A stretch of 64,000 nucleotides of DNA, taken from NCBI RefSeq assembly GCF_006345805.1, contig NC_042998.1:205096001-205160000 (forward strand). The letters run 5' to 3'. Positions 50,074 through 62,909 of this stretch are shown piece after piece (position 1 is the first letter of the stretch; each line of letters starts with the position of its first letter). This stretch comes from Octopus sinensis. Lineage: Eukaryota. Below the pieces are notes generated by a model. The model worked only from the letters and a program-made list of their open reading frames with translations, ran no database searches and had not been told where the DNA came from. Both the position numbers and the translations under genes were made by a program.

Positions 50074-50510
50074 ATTATTATTATTGTTCCATATACACTC
50101 AACAGATTAAACTGTTGGAAAAGAAAAGTTCTTAACATCGGCTTACAACAAATAAACTTAGATGCCAAGACCCCTCCTAAGTATCCTAGCTGTCCTTAAT
50201 AACACTATTTTCTCCAGGTGTACTAAACTGGGTTTTATGCCTATTTCCTCTGTCCATCTGTTCAAATCTTCAGAGATAGTTCCCAATGCCCCTATAACTA
50301 CTGGGATACATTTTACCTGCACTTTCCATAGACTCTGTAACTCCATGGCTATGTCCTGCTACTTTGCTATTTTTTCTGTACCTCTCATATTGACTTTCTC
50401 ATCATTTGGGACTGTGAAGTCGATTACCTGGTACTTTCTACTCTCTCTTTGCTTACTACTACTAAATCAGACATTCTAGCTTCTATTACTCTGTCAGTCT
50501 GAATGTTATA
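50074..50510 (-). mobile_element. R4/Dong-like RLE retroelement 3' fragment
   Basis: MELQSLWKVQVKCIPVVIGALGTI...VLLRTARILRRGLGI* then a short 3' UTR ending in (AAT)n; a diverged relative of the 14.8-15.7 kb element. Confidence 0.8.
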
Positions 50511-50514
50511 ATCC

Positions 50515-50549
<35 letters not shown>

Positions 50550-50559
50550 TTATATGTCA

Positions 50560-50979
50560 CTAGCAGCTCAGCCCAGTTTCACCCGGTCTGTTTGGGTGAT
50601 GTGGCTGTTATCGTTTTGGTTAGGCATAATCTGTAACAGCGTTTGTCAACCTTATCATTTCAGGTCCCCTGTTTCAAATGAAGCCTCCAGCTATATGAAA
50701 ATTTCCTAACCCCCCCCCCTCCCCCGCCCCGTCAGAAAACAGCTTCTAAGCAACTGGTTGTTTTAATGACAGAAGAAAGAGGGAAATTCTATTAGAAACA
50801 GTTTTAATCAATTTTCTCAATAAGTATGGGGGTTAGGGAAAAAATCAAACTCTATTCCAATCTATGCTCCTGTCGCCACACGTGTGCCATTTTTCACACA
50901 AATCCACCCAGCCATTTGGCTGTGAACCCCAAGACAAGAAAGAATACAACGATTGCCCATGTCCAATTTATATTATAGA
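50560..50979 (-). mobile_element. Putative non-autonomous Helitron
   Basis: Minus strand starts A|TCTATAATATAAA and ends with a degenerate hairpin CCGG-GTGAAA-CTGG followed by CTAG|T; inserted between A and T with no TSD. Confidence 0.6.
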
Positions 50980-50980
50980 T

Positions 50981-51130
50981 TTAATGTACAGCGTATAAAG
51001 ATAAGGGTTGCTAATAGTTTCTTGATATGGAGACATGTTTCCAGGCAGGTTTGAGACACGTACCTTGTGTCTCCAAGCAATCTTCAACAAACTATTAGCA
51101 ACTCGTATCTTTATACTGTGACCTCATTAA
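50981..51130. repeat. Imperfect foldback inverted repeat, arms about 55 bp, TTAA ends
   Basis: TTAATG..GTATAAAGATAAGGGTTGCTAATAGTTT is mirrored by AAACTATTAGCAACTCGTATCTTTATAC..CATTAA. Confidence 0.8.
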
Positions 51131-51353
51131 ATGACCTCCCTCACTGAATGGAATACATTTTTTAGTTGATCTTATCATAACAGAACAGTAAATTATATAT
51201 ATATACACACACACACACACCTACAGTAATTTTGAAAATAAAACTTTTATTTATCTCACCTGCTTTACAGCTATTTCATATCAAGACTGTTATTGTGGAT
51301 GTTCATTGGAGCATTTATTTTTCAACATGTAAGGACTTAGTTTTTACTACCTT

Positions 51354-51439
<86 letters not shown>

Positions 51440-51443
51440 TTTT

Positions 51444-51840
51444 TAGGAGTGGCTGTGTGGTAAGTAGCTTGCTAACCAACCACATGGTTCCGGATTCATT
51501 CCCACTGCTTGGCATCTTGGGCAAGTGTTTTCTGCTATAGCCCCGGGCGGACCAATGCCTTGTGAGTGGATTTGGTAGACGGAAACTGAAAGAAGCCTGT
51601 CGTATATATGTATATATATATATATATGTGTGTGTGTGGTGTGTGTCTGTGTTTGTCCCCCTAGCATTGCTTGACAACCGATGCTGGTGTGTTTACATCC
51701 GCGTCACTTAGCGGTTCGACAAAAGAGACCGATAGAATAAGTACTGAGCTTACAAAGAATAAGTCCCGGGGTCGATTTGCTCGACTAAAGGTGGTGCTCC
51801 AGCATGGTCACAGTCAAATGACTGAAACAAGTAAAAGAGT
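51444..51840 (+). mobile_element. tRNA-derived SINE, family A, full length
   Basis: Complete copy downstream of a long (CT)n tract. Confidence 0.9.
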
Positions 51841-52249
51841 ATATATATATATATATATATATGAATTGAACAAAAGCACAATAGAGGGCATTAAAACTTT
51901 CAGATGGATGGACGATACAAAGGCGGACAAGAGAAACAACAATTAGAAGAACAGGCAAAAAAAAAGACAGGTCATTCGTGGCTTTCTCTCCTCAGTCAAG
52001 TTCGATCTGGTTGCTCCCAAAAGTGTCTAAGCTAAGAGCATAAAAGACCCCTTTGTAAGAAAGCTAGCGAATGTGTACGGCAACAAAGACAAAAGAAAAA
52101 CACACAAACAAAAGAAACGGAGAACCTGGTATACAATACAAGCAACATGGGGTGGGGGGAACCAAAAAAAAAAGGCATTCAACACATTTTGTAGGGGTTG
52201 ATGACTGGCACCCATGCCAGTGGAGCGCTAACAGCTCCATCCAAGCAGG

Positions 52250-52650
52250 ATCACTGCCAGAGCAGCTGTCTGGTTTCCGTGCTGGTGGGCATGTAAAAAG
52301 CACTGTTTGAGTATGATCGTTACCAGCGATGCCTTACTGGCACGTGAACAAAACATTCGAGCGAGGTCGTTGCCAGTGTCGCTGGACTGACTCCTGTGCA
52401 GGTGGCACATAACAAGCACCATTTGAGCGTGGCCGTTGCCAGTGCTGCCTGACTGACCCTCGTGCCAGTGGAACATAACAAGCACTCACTACACTCACGG
52501 AGTGGTTGGTGTTAGGAAGGGCATCCAGCTGTAGAAACTCTGCCAGATCAGATTGGAGTCTGGTGCAGCCATCTGGCTCTCCAGCTCTCAGTCAAATCGT
52601 CCAATCCATGCTAGCATGGAAAGCAGACATTAAACGATGATGATGATGAT
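52250..52650 (+). mobile_element. RTE 3' end with VNTR units
   Basis: Same tail family with (GAT)n end. Confidence 0.85.
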
Positions 52651-53511
52651 GATGATGATTATTATTATTATTTAAAGCAGTTTGATTTGGTTCCATGCTT
52701 CTTAAAGTTTCCCAGAAACCCAGCTCCTCCAGATTCAGCAGACCAAGTCCGAATGAGCTTGCGTTTCTCTTGAAAGTCTGCAAAACTTTAAGCTGCATGG
52801 AACCAAATGAAACTGGTTTAAATATTAACAAGAGATATATATAATCAGTGTAAATATGGTTTTGTGTCGACTTTCTAAAAAAACGGATGCTGGAGCTATT
52901 TGAAATGTTTACATTAAATTATTTCAGTCTTATTGGGGTTATATAAATGGTGGTGGTGGTGGTGGTGGCGGTGGCGTGATGATGTGGGTGTGTTGGGGGA
53001 TTCTTATCTCCACACAGACACTGTTTTCATGTCTGTGGTGCTAATTAAGCTAAACCATCTGTGATATCAGACCCTTGGAGGTGCCCTTAGACCAACAAAA
53101 TTTCTATCATCACACACACGCATATATGTGTGTTTATATGTATGTATATACTCTCACCCACCCCCATCCTCTCGGTTAGGAGGCAGAAGCACTTGTACAC
53201 ACACAACAGAAACTTCCACCTACCAAATTCCATCATAAGGCTTCAGTCAGCCCATGGTTATAATATTTATACGTGCAAGAGTCGTCTAAAAGAATATAAG
53301 TCAGGGAAGAGAGCAGTTGCCATATTCCTTCCCATGCTGGCCAACTCTGATGACTGATTATATATCCTTTGTGCTCGTCAGAATTCACTGATGTGGAACG
53401 GAATATGGCGACTGCTCTCCTCCCTCGTTTAGGAGAGTAAACTTATATAATCAGTTTGTTGCCTAACTCTCCTTTGGATTCTTTACGCGAAACCAATTAA
53501 TAAGATCAGCC

Positions 53512-53724
53512 ATGATGGCAGAACCATTAAAACGCTGGGCAAAATGCTTTGCAGTATTTCGTCTGCCGCTACGTTCTGAGTTCAAATTCCGCCGAGGTCG
53601 ACTTTGACTTTCATCCTTTCGGGGTCGATAAATTAAGTACCAGTTACGCACTGGGATCGATATAATCGACTTAATCCATTTGTCCCCTCTATGTTTAGCC
53701 CCTTGTGGGCAATAAAGAAATAGG
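53512..53724 (+). mobile_element. tRNA-derived SINE, family B
   Basis: Matches 3485-3716; another copy lies at about 54225-54441. Confidence 0.85.
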
Positions 53725-56502
53725 ATATTTAATATATATCATCAGCATCATCATTTAATGTCCGTTGTCCATGCTGGCATGGGTTGGATGGTCTGACCAG
53801 GGTTGGAGAGCTGAAGGGCTGCACCAGAGCCCAGTCTGATTTGGCAGGGTTTCTGTGTCTGGATGCCCTTCCGAACACCAACTGCTCCAAGAGGGTAATG
53901 AGTTGTTATACATACAAGTTGTGTGACCCCAGGATCTACCGTTACAACAATTTTACTTGGCTTCATAAGTCTTTGACTCCAGCATGGCCATATTGCCAGA
54001 GGTGTTGGTCATTTATCATCTGAGGCAGTGTGTGTGTATTTTATTTCTTTTACTTGATTCACTCATTGAAATTAACCCCAGTAATTTTTAAAAGCCTGGT
54101 ACTTATTCTGTTGGACTCCTTTGCTGAACTGCTAAGTTATGGGGATGTAAACTCTCCAGCACTGGTTGTTAAGTGGTGGTGAGAAACAAACACAAATGCA
54201 AACGTGTGTGTGCACACACACACATGAGGTGGCGTGGTGGCTGAATCATTAGCATACTGGGTGAAATGCTTAGTGGTATTTCATCTGTCTTCACGTTCTG
54301 AGTTCAAATTCTGCCAAGGTCGACTTTGCCTTTCATCGTTCTGGGGTCGATAAATTCAGTATCAGTTACATACTGGGGTCAATCTAATCGACTGGCCCTT
54401 CTCCTCAAAAATTTCGGGCCCTGTGCCTAGAGTAGAAAAGAATATTTTAGTCCAGTCATTAATGTTATCAAACATTGAATTACAAAAATAATAAAAGACA
54501 ATAAGGAGAAATAAACAACCAGGTAGATAGGTAAAAATAGGTAAATAGGTGAGAAGTCAATAGGTAGACAGGCAGGTAAGATGTGTGATTGTGTTTTGTT
54601 AAGTGTTATTGATCAATTTTTCTGACTGGTGTGGCAGGAACGGAAATGACACATGTCGTTTGAAAGTAACAATTGAGTTTATTGATTTGAAGAAATCTTT
54701 TCAAATGCAAGATTGAAACCATGGTAACTGAGATTGTGTGTGTGTGTGTGTGTTTACAACCAGATTATCACAAGTTCTTTTACATCACTGGTCACAATGC
54801 CCTTCTATTTTTCCATTGATTGTGCGCTTCTCTTCCATTTGCTGCAAAACTGTTTCTTCATACCATTGTCTTGGAGGTTTTCTGAATGGTCTCTCCCAGT
54901 TTCATGGACACAATTCAACCACTGCTGCATCTGTTGTCTCTGAGTCTTTCCACATATCCAATGTCAAGTGGAACTTACCTTTTTTTCTAATCTCTGATTG
55001 CATTGTTCACTCCAGGCCAGAGGATAACACTGAAGACATTCACACACAACAGCTCGTCGTCCGTCTCTCATTTGAACCTGTCTTTAATCAAGGCTAATCT
55101 CTTTCATTTCCTTCTTCATTCAAGGTTTCAGCTTTCAATGTCTGGCCATAGATTTGCTCTTTCTCTCTCAGACGCCCTCCTTCCTCTCCTTCGTCTCCTT
55201 CGTCTCCTTCGTCTCCTTCGTCTCCTTCCTCTCCTTCGTCTCCTCGTTTTCATTACTTCTGCCACCATTGTTTCTCATTTGTGCATTTTGTTTATTCTCA
55301 ATGTCGGTCTCTGTCATTTACTCTGACATTTCTGTGACAGACACAAATGTTGTCTGTGAATCAAAAGTGTGTTCATAGCTTGATGCTGACTCCACCATTT
55401 CAGTCTTTGGTGACCATTTCATGACAAACAATGAGGGCTGATCTCAAGATGCTGAGCCCCAAAGAGGAAAAAACCAAAAAATTGTGATGACAAGGGGTTC
55501 ATTGTGTTTGAAAAGACCTGTTTTTTTTTTTTTTGTGGCAAAACTGAGGTGTTAAAAGAATTTTGTTTCTACCTGTACCCAGTGGGTCCTGTCCCTACAT
55601 CCAGTCTCCCCTCAACCCCCTAACACCCATCCTTCCTTCACTCTTCTAACTATGGCACTACTTACTTAGCTGCTGTAATTCTTTGAGAACAGAACTGGCG
55701 CAGATTTCATCCCCACTTCTGTACCCCTTGCTTCCTTTTCGAACCATTTCCTATAAATGTCATTCATTCTCGTTAGCATCGTTCCTTAATCACTTTTTTC
55801 ACCAATTACCTTCTTTTCGTGTCTTCACCTATGTCTGTCTAATTTCCCTCTCGGCTCCATCTTTGGGTCTGCCATACTTTATCTGAAACAGCTCTCATAT
55901 TTGGCAGCCCTTCTCAATGTCCCCTTGTTGTGTCTGACATCAATACCCTCCACCTCACTCTTGTCACTCCACTCATTAGACCCCACCTCCACCCACCTCT
56001 AACTTCCATCTCTGCCACTCTTCCTCTCCCTACCCTCCCCCTTATCACTTCCTCTTTCCTGACCTAATTCTCTCTTTCTCTCCCCCCTCCTGCCCCCATA
56101 TTCATGTTTCTCGCCACCCTTCCTGCCAATCCACTGAACATACCCTTTCTTATCCTCCCCTCCTTATTTCTTGATGAACTGTTTTGCCACCCCCAACACT
56201 ACCCTCTTATCTCCTTCCCAACAACTCCCACCCACCCTTATTGATGTAGGGTACTCATCTATCTCCTCCATAGCTTTGTCCCTCTAACATACTCCCCCCA
56301 CCTCTCAGTTCAGTGGTCTTTGTCTTGCAAGTTACTTGGTAACCTCACTTGCGCAGGGGGGAGGGGGCTTGTAAAAAGCAGCCAGTACACTTTCTGAAGT
56401 GGTTGGCATTAGGAAGGGCATTCGCCAGTTGGAACCATGTCAAAGCAGAAACTGTATCTTGGTGCATTCCACTGGCTTGTTGGATCCAGTCATGCTGCCT
56501 GT

Positions 56503-56946
56503 GATGATGATGATGATGATGACGCCGCCGATGACGACAATGATGATGATAGTAATGATGACAATGACAATGACGACAATGATGATGATGACGACGACGA
56601 CGATGATGATGATGATGACGACGATGACGATGATAATGATGATGATGATAGTGATGATGACAATGACGACGATGACGATAATGATGATGATGATAGTGAT
56701 GATGACAATGACGACGATGACGATGATAATGATGATGATGATAGTGATGATGACAATGACGACAATGATGATGATGATGACGATGATGATGATGACAATG
56801 ACGACGATGATGATGATGATGACGACGACGATGATGATAGTGATGATGACAATGACGATGATGATGATGACAATGATGACGACGATTATGATGATGATGA
56901 TGACGACGACGATGATGATAGTGATGATGACAATGACGATGATGAT
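56503..56946 (+). repeat. GAY/AAT/AGT trinucleotide-phase tract of about 440 bp: expanded tail of a diverged RTE 3' end
   Basis: Immediately follows GTGGTTGGCATTAGGAAGGGCATT (RTE tail motif, about 56398-56421); contains higher-order 45-48 bp units. Confidence 0.9.
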
Positions 56947-57224
56947 GGTATATGTATGGAGAAAAAAAAAACAAACTCATTTGCCATTAGTGTTTGTGCC
57001 AACTTCTTGCAAGAGACCTGAATCTCTCCGCTTTCCCAATAGATTTGGGTGAATCACTGGAATCAAATAAATTTTTTTTCTTCTCTCAAATTCTAATAAG
57101 AAAAAAGAATTTTCTAATTTCTGGAGAAAATAGAAAGATTTCACCTTTTGTCTGAATGTTGTTGTAACAAACTGGACTGAATATAAAAATCTATTTCTTA
57201 AGAGTAATAAATATATTTTAACTA

Positions 57225-57322
57225 AATACATTTATCACATGTGATAACTCTATTACACCTCAATACATTTATCACATGTGATAACTCTATTACACCTCAA
57301 TACATTTATCACATGTGATAAC
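57225..57322. repeat. 37-bp tandem repeat (2.6 copies), each with the 16-bp palindrome TTATCACATGTGATAA
   Basis: Units start at 57225, 57262 and 57299. Confidence 0.92.
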
Positions 57323-58654
57323 CCCATTCTCTCTCTCTCTCTCTTTCCCACCCACACACACACACACTATATTTGGATCAATAATCTATCCCAAAGCCTG
57401 ACCTCTTTTTATTCTCTTTCTTATTCTCTCTGCACCACATTCTCTCATTCTCTCAATCTCTCATTCTTTAACATTTATTCGCTGTTTATTTATTCATAGA
57501 TATTATATATTTACTAACAAACTTCTTGCCTGATAAATGACAAACTCATTTTAGAGGCATCTTCTATGCACATTCAGCACAAATCAACTAATATCAAGGG
57601 ATCTAGTTTGTTGTTCTTGTTGCTGCTGCTACCATTGCTTCCTTTTTTTCTTTCTTTATTAGTTTTCCAGTGACAAATGACCTTAGAACTCGCCTGCATT
57701 GGATTGTTCCTTAATCCACTAACCATTTTCTCTGGCCCCCCTTCCCTTGCTATTACTAAACGTTCCTATCCCCCCCCCCCGCCTCTTCTCCCAAAATCTA
57801 TTCTCGCTGCTAATTCTGACTAATCTTTGTTAAAGCCATATGTTTGACTCTCGTAAATCAATCTTTATTTGCTGTGGTATTCTGTAGGCTTATCTGCCGC
57901 AATATTACCATAATCTACAGTGCCATAGGATGGTCAAGTATGGAATACTTTAACAGAGATAGCCTCACTCCCCAATATCAATCAACTTGCTTCTCAAAGC
58001 TTCAGCAGCGACAAAAACAACAACTACCACTACTACCACTACTACTACTCATCCTCCTATTACTACTACTACTACTACAGTAATGTCCATAACGAGTCTG
58101 TGGAACATGGATAAAAGAAATATGTATAAATTTCAGCACTCCAGGAGTTACTTACAAAATGGTAAGTTCCAGATATTTCATCTTTTCCTGTGTGTTTTTC
58201 CCTCCCCACCGAGAATTCTGTGTCCAACTATTTGCTAAACACCTACATACATACATACACACACATATACATATATATATATATAATATATATATATATA
58301 TATGCACACACATACACACACAAGCATACACACATACATATATACACTTACACAAGAATATATATATACACACACACACACAAGCACAAATATGCACACA
58401 TGTACAGACAAGAGACCATGGTGTGTTGTGACCCCAGCACTAAAGGGGTCGCCCCCCCCTCTCTTTTACTTGTTTCAGTTATGAGACTGTGCCCATGCTG
58501 GGGCACCATGTCAAAGAAGTTTTAGTCAAATAAACTGATCCCAGAACTTACCCTTTTTTTTAAACCCTGCTACTTATTCTGTCAGTCTCTTTTGCCAAAT
58601 TGCTAAGTCATGGGGAGGTAAACACACCAACACCTTTTGTCAAGTGATGGTTGG

Positions 58655-58692
<38 letters not shown>

Positions 58693-58903
58693 TCTTTTAC
58701 TTGTTTCAGTCATTTGACTGTGGCCATGCTGGAGCACCACCTGTAGTCGAATAAATCGACTCCAGGACTTATTCTTTGTAAGCCTAGTACTTATTCTATC
58801 AGTTTCTTTTGCTGAACTGCTAGGTTACAGGGACATAAACATGTCAACATCAGTTGTCAAGCAATAGTAGGTGGGGGGGGAACAAACATAAACACACAAA
58901 TAT

Positions 58904-58937
<34 letters not shown>

Positions 58938-61410
58938 CATCATCATCATCATCATCGTTTAACGTCCGCTTTCCGCGCTAGCACGGGTTGGACGGTTTGA
59001 CCGGTCTGGGAAGCCAGGGGCCGCTCCAGGCTCCAGTCTGAATCTGGCAGAGTTTCTCTACGGCTGGATGCCCTTCCTAACGCCAACCACTCCGTGAGTG
59101 GATTGGGTGCTTTTTACGTGCCACCTGCACAGGGGCCGGAGGGTCCGGCATCGTCACGATCGGATTCGAGCATTTTAACGTGTCAGCGGCACGGGGGCAA
59201 CGAGGTCCGGGGTACTTTGGGGATTGGGGTATTTTGGGGATCCAGGGTACTTTGGGGATCCGGGGTACTTTGGGGATCCGGGGTACTTAGAATGGGTAGG
59301 GGGGTACTTAGAATGGGTAGGGGGGTACTTAGAATGGGTAGGGGGTATGTGGAATTGCTGCAGAAAGCAGCCCGGGTCTTTGTAGTCACAGCATATCTCC
59401 AGAGATCTCGGTCCTTCGCCATTGCCTCAGTGAGGCCCAATGCTCTGAGGTCATGCTTGACCACCTCATCCCATGTCTTCCTGGGTCTACCTCTCCCCCT
59501 GATACCTTCAACTGTTTGGGAGTGGCACTTCTTCACACATCTCTCTTCATCCATCCGCAGCACATGATGACCATACCATCGCAAGCGTCGCTCTTGCACA
59601 CCACATCTGATGCTTCTTATATCCAGCATTTCTCTCAGGATACTTACACTCTGTTTTGCGTGCACACTGACACTACACATCCAGCGGATCATGCTAGCTT
59701 CATTTCTTTCAAGTCTACGCATGTCTTCTGCAGTCACAGCCCATGTTTCATTACCGTGAAGCATGGCAGTTCGCACACATGCATCTATAATCTACCTTTT
59801 GCTCTGAGGGAGAGGCCTTTTGTTGCCAGTAGGGGTAGGAGCTTTCTGAACTTTGCCCAGCTATTCGTATTCTAGTGGTGATACTCTCTGTGCATCCACC
59901 TCCGCTACTAACTTGGTCTCCCAGGTAGCGGAAACTATCAACTACTTCTAGTTTCTCTCCCTGGAGTGTGATGGAATCTGTTTTCTGAGTGTCTGTTGTG
60001 TCTATTGTCCCTGTGCATCTGCCGCACATGAAGCTATCTTATCTGTTAATTTCCCTTTAATGTTGCTGCACCTCTTATGTGTCCATAACTTACATTGGGT
60101 GCATCTTATGGAGTTTCTACCTGTACCTTTCCTACAGGTTGAGCAGGGCCACCTACCCGAGGGGATGTGTGTTGAGTACCTCTTCTGCTGCTTACTAATA
60201 CTTTGGTCTTTGCTACATTTATTCTAAGGCCCTTTGATTCCAACCCTTGCTTCCATACCCGAAATTTCTCTTCTAGTTCCGGTAGTGATTCTGCTATGAG
60301 AGCTAGGTCATCGGCATAGAGGAGCTCCCAGGGGCATCCCGTTTTGAATTCCTCTGTTATTGCTTGAAGTACTATGATGAACAAAAGGGGACTGAGGGCT
60401 GAGCCCTGGTGCACACCTACTTCTACTCGGAATTCTTCACTATATTCGTTGCCAATCCTAACCTTGCTAACAGCCTCTCTGTATAGAGCCTGTACAGCCC
60501 TTATTAGCCATTCTTCAATCTCCAGTTTCCGCATCGACCACCAGATAAGGGAACGGGGAACCCTGTCAAAGGCTTTCTCCAAGTCTACAAAAGCTATGTA
60601 GAGGGGTTTATCTTTAGCTAGGTACGTCTCTCTCTCCTGCAGTTGTCGGACCAGGAATATAGCATCAGTGGTGCTTCTACCTGGTACAAAACGAACTGCA
60701 TTTCATCTAAACAAATTCTCTCCCTAATGAGATTGGTTATGACCTTCTCTGAGACCTTCATCACCTGGTCCAACAGTTTGATACCTCTGTAGTTATTTCT
60801 ATCTAAGCATCACCCTTACCCTTGTAGCAGTTGACTATGGTACTGCTGCACCAGTCATTGGGTATGGCTCCATTGTGAACTACCTGGTTTTACAATGCGG
60901 GTGACTATGGCATGGCCCACATAGCCAGCTTTTTTTAAGCATCTCAGCAGTGATTCCTGATAGGCCAGGGCTTTGCCTGGTTTCATATCCTTAATTGCCT
61001 TATCTACACGGGAGCTGTCTATTCGGGTAGCTGGTCCCTCTACTGGGTCAACATTTGGCAGGCTCTCCTCCTCCCATTCATTCTCCTCATTTAGCAGTCT
61101 TTCATAATGGCTTCTCCAAGCCTCTTTCTTTTCACTAGTAGTAAAAGCAAGTGCCCCATCATCCATGCGGACACATTTCTCTCCTATAACATCGCTATTT
61201 TCTCTGACACACTGTCTGGCAATCCGAAATACTTCAGCTCTTTGATCCTCGCGACGCTGGACATTGGCAAACTTCTTCTTTTCTGCTACATCTTTGGCAA
61301 TGATACCTGCCGCCCAGCCTCCTTTTGGCTATCTGGTACAGTTCCCTGCTGCCCCCCTCCTTCCAGGCTTTCCAGGCTCGTCTCTTTTCACAGATGGCTT
61401 TATCTACTGC
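58938..61410 (-). mobile_element. 5'-truncated RTE-clade LINE, about 2.5 kb
   Basis: Continuous ORF2 homology from the post-endonuclease linker through RT to the C-terminus, then 3' UTR and (GAT)n tail. Confidence 0.95.
59365..61400 (-). pseudogene. RTE ORF2 reverse transcriptase, frameshifted
   Basis: EKAFDRVPR, GVHQGSALSPLLF, LLYADD (60307-60318), INVAKTKVL, FRYLG, MLHGNETW, RRLRWYGH, GRGRPRKTW. Confidence 0.95.
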
Positions 61411-62065
61411 ACTAAATCCTGATGATTTCTCTTGAATGAAACAGTTCTAGTCCTGTAGAAGCTCCTTCTATATAATAAATTAATTTTACTCTGCTATGTA
61501 TTGAGTACCTTATTTACTGTGGTTAACCCCGAATCAACCCGGGACCTACATATATATATATATATAGATAGATAGATAGATAGATATACGGCGGGCTTCT
61601 TTCAGTTTCCGCCTACCAAATCCACTCACAAGGCTTTGGTCAGCCCGAGGCTACAGTAGAAGACACTTGTGCAAGGTGCCACGCAGTGGGACTGAACCCG
61701 GAACCATGTGGTTGGGAAGCAAGCATGTTACCATACAGCCACTCCTGTACCTTGGAAGCTTAAAGAGTTTTAATTACTCCGTTTTTTAAGGATCAGTGGC
61801 TGAGTGAATGATAGTATGGGGTGGGTGGGTAGTGGGGTATGTGTCTGCTTGAACAGGTTTATGCAATGAGCGTATACTTATGGTTTTGTGTGTAGAACAA
61901 CTGAAGCATTCAATACGTGTGTGCAGTGAGGTGAGCTGTGCAGAGAAGGGACCATCCCCTTGTAGTAACAGGCTCCACCCACAACCCTGACATCTGGGTG
62001 ATACCTGGGTGTGAAATCAATGGTATCACTGCTCAAATATAAATTTATAACATATGCACATATAT

Positions 62066-62520
62066 CATCATCATCATCATCATCATTTAACGTCCGTTTT
62101 CCATGCTAGCATCGGTTGGACGGTTCAACCGGGGTCTGGTGATCCATGGATGCTGCACCAGGCTCCAGTCTGATTTGGCAGTGTTTCTACAGCTGGATGC
62201 CCTTCCTAACGCCAACCACTCTGTGAGTGTAGTGGGTGCTTTTTACATGCCAGTGGCACAGAGGCCAGAGGAGGCTGGCAAACGGCCACGATCGGTTGGT
62301 GCTTTTACGCATCACCGACATGGACGCCAGTCAGGTGGCGCTGGCATCTTCCACGTTTGGATGGAGCTTTTTACATGTCACCAGCACAGGTATCTTAACT
62401 ACAATTTCCATTTGATTTTTATTTTGATGTTGGTGTTGCTGTACTTGACTCAATAGGTCTCCTCAAGACAGCGGGTCACTCTACGATCCAAGGTTAGCAC
62501 AGCAGGCCATCCTGTGAGCC
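62066..62520 (-). mobile_element. RTE 3' end with VNTR units
   Basis: Same tail family. Confidence 0.85.
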
Positions 62521-62827
62521 ATATATATGTATATATATGTATGTACGTGTATATATACACACACACACATATATCCATCCATATGTTTGAACTCAGACAT
62601 TCTGCTTTTTAACCTGCAGTGTCAGCTCTCCATCATGGGAGACAACTGCGGATGAGTAATTAGAAAACAAATTTATTCATGCATATCTACTTATATACAT
62701 TCATACTTACACACACACACACACACACACTTTCGTTCAGACAGGCCTACATAAATATACGCGTTCATTCATTTGTTCATTTATTTAACATTCGTTTTCC
62801 CATGCTGGTATGGGCTGAACATAATTG

Positions 62828-62859
<32 letters not shown>

Positions 62860-62909
62860 AATCAGTGTGGGAGAGGAGAGGCATTAGGCCACCACGTTGA
62901 AGGTGTCTC

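Noticed and set aside
54790-55130. Host exon suggested by a strong minus-strand AG|GTAAGT near 54978
   Set aside because: The surrounding translation resembles a decayed RTE C-terminus (similar to about 28090-28280), so it is probably a repeat relic.
56437-57021. Aspein-like poly-Asp protein gene
   Set aside because: No signal peptide; the ATG and N-terminus derive from an RTE tail, and all frames of the trinucleotide tract are open. Kept only as a finding.
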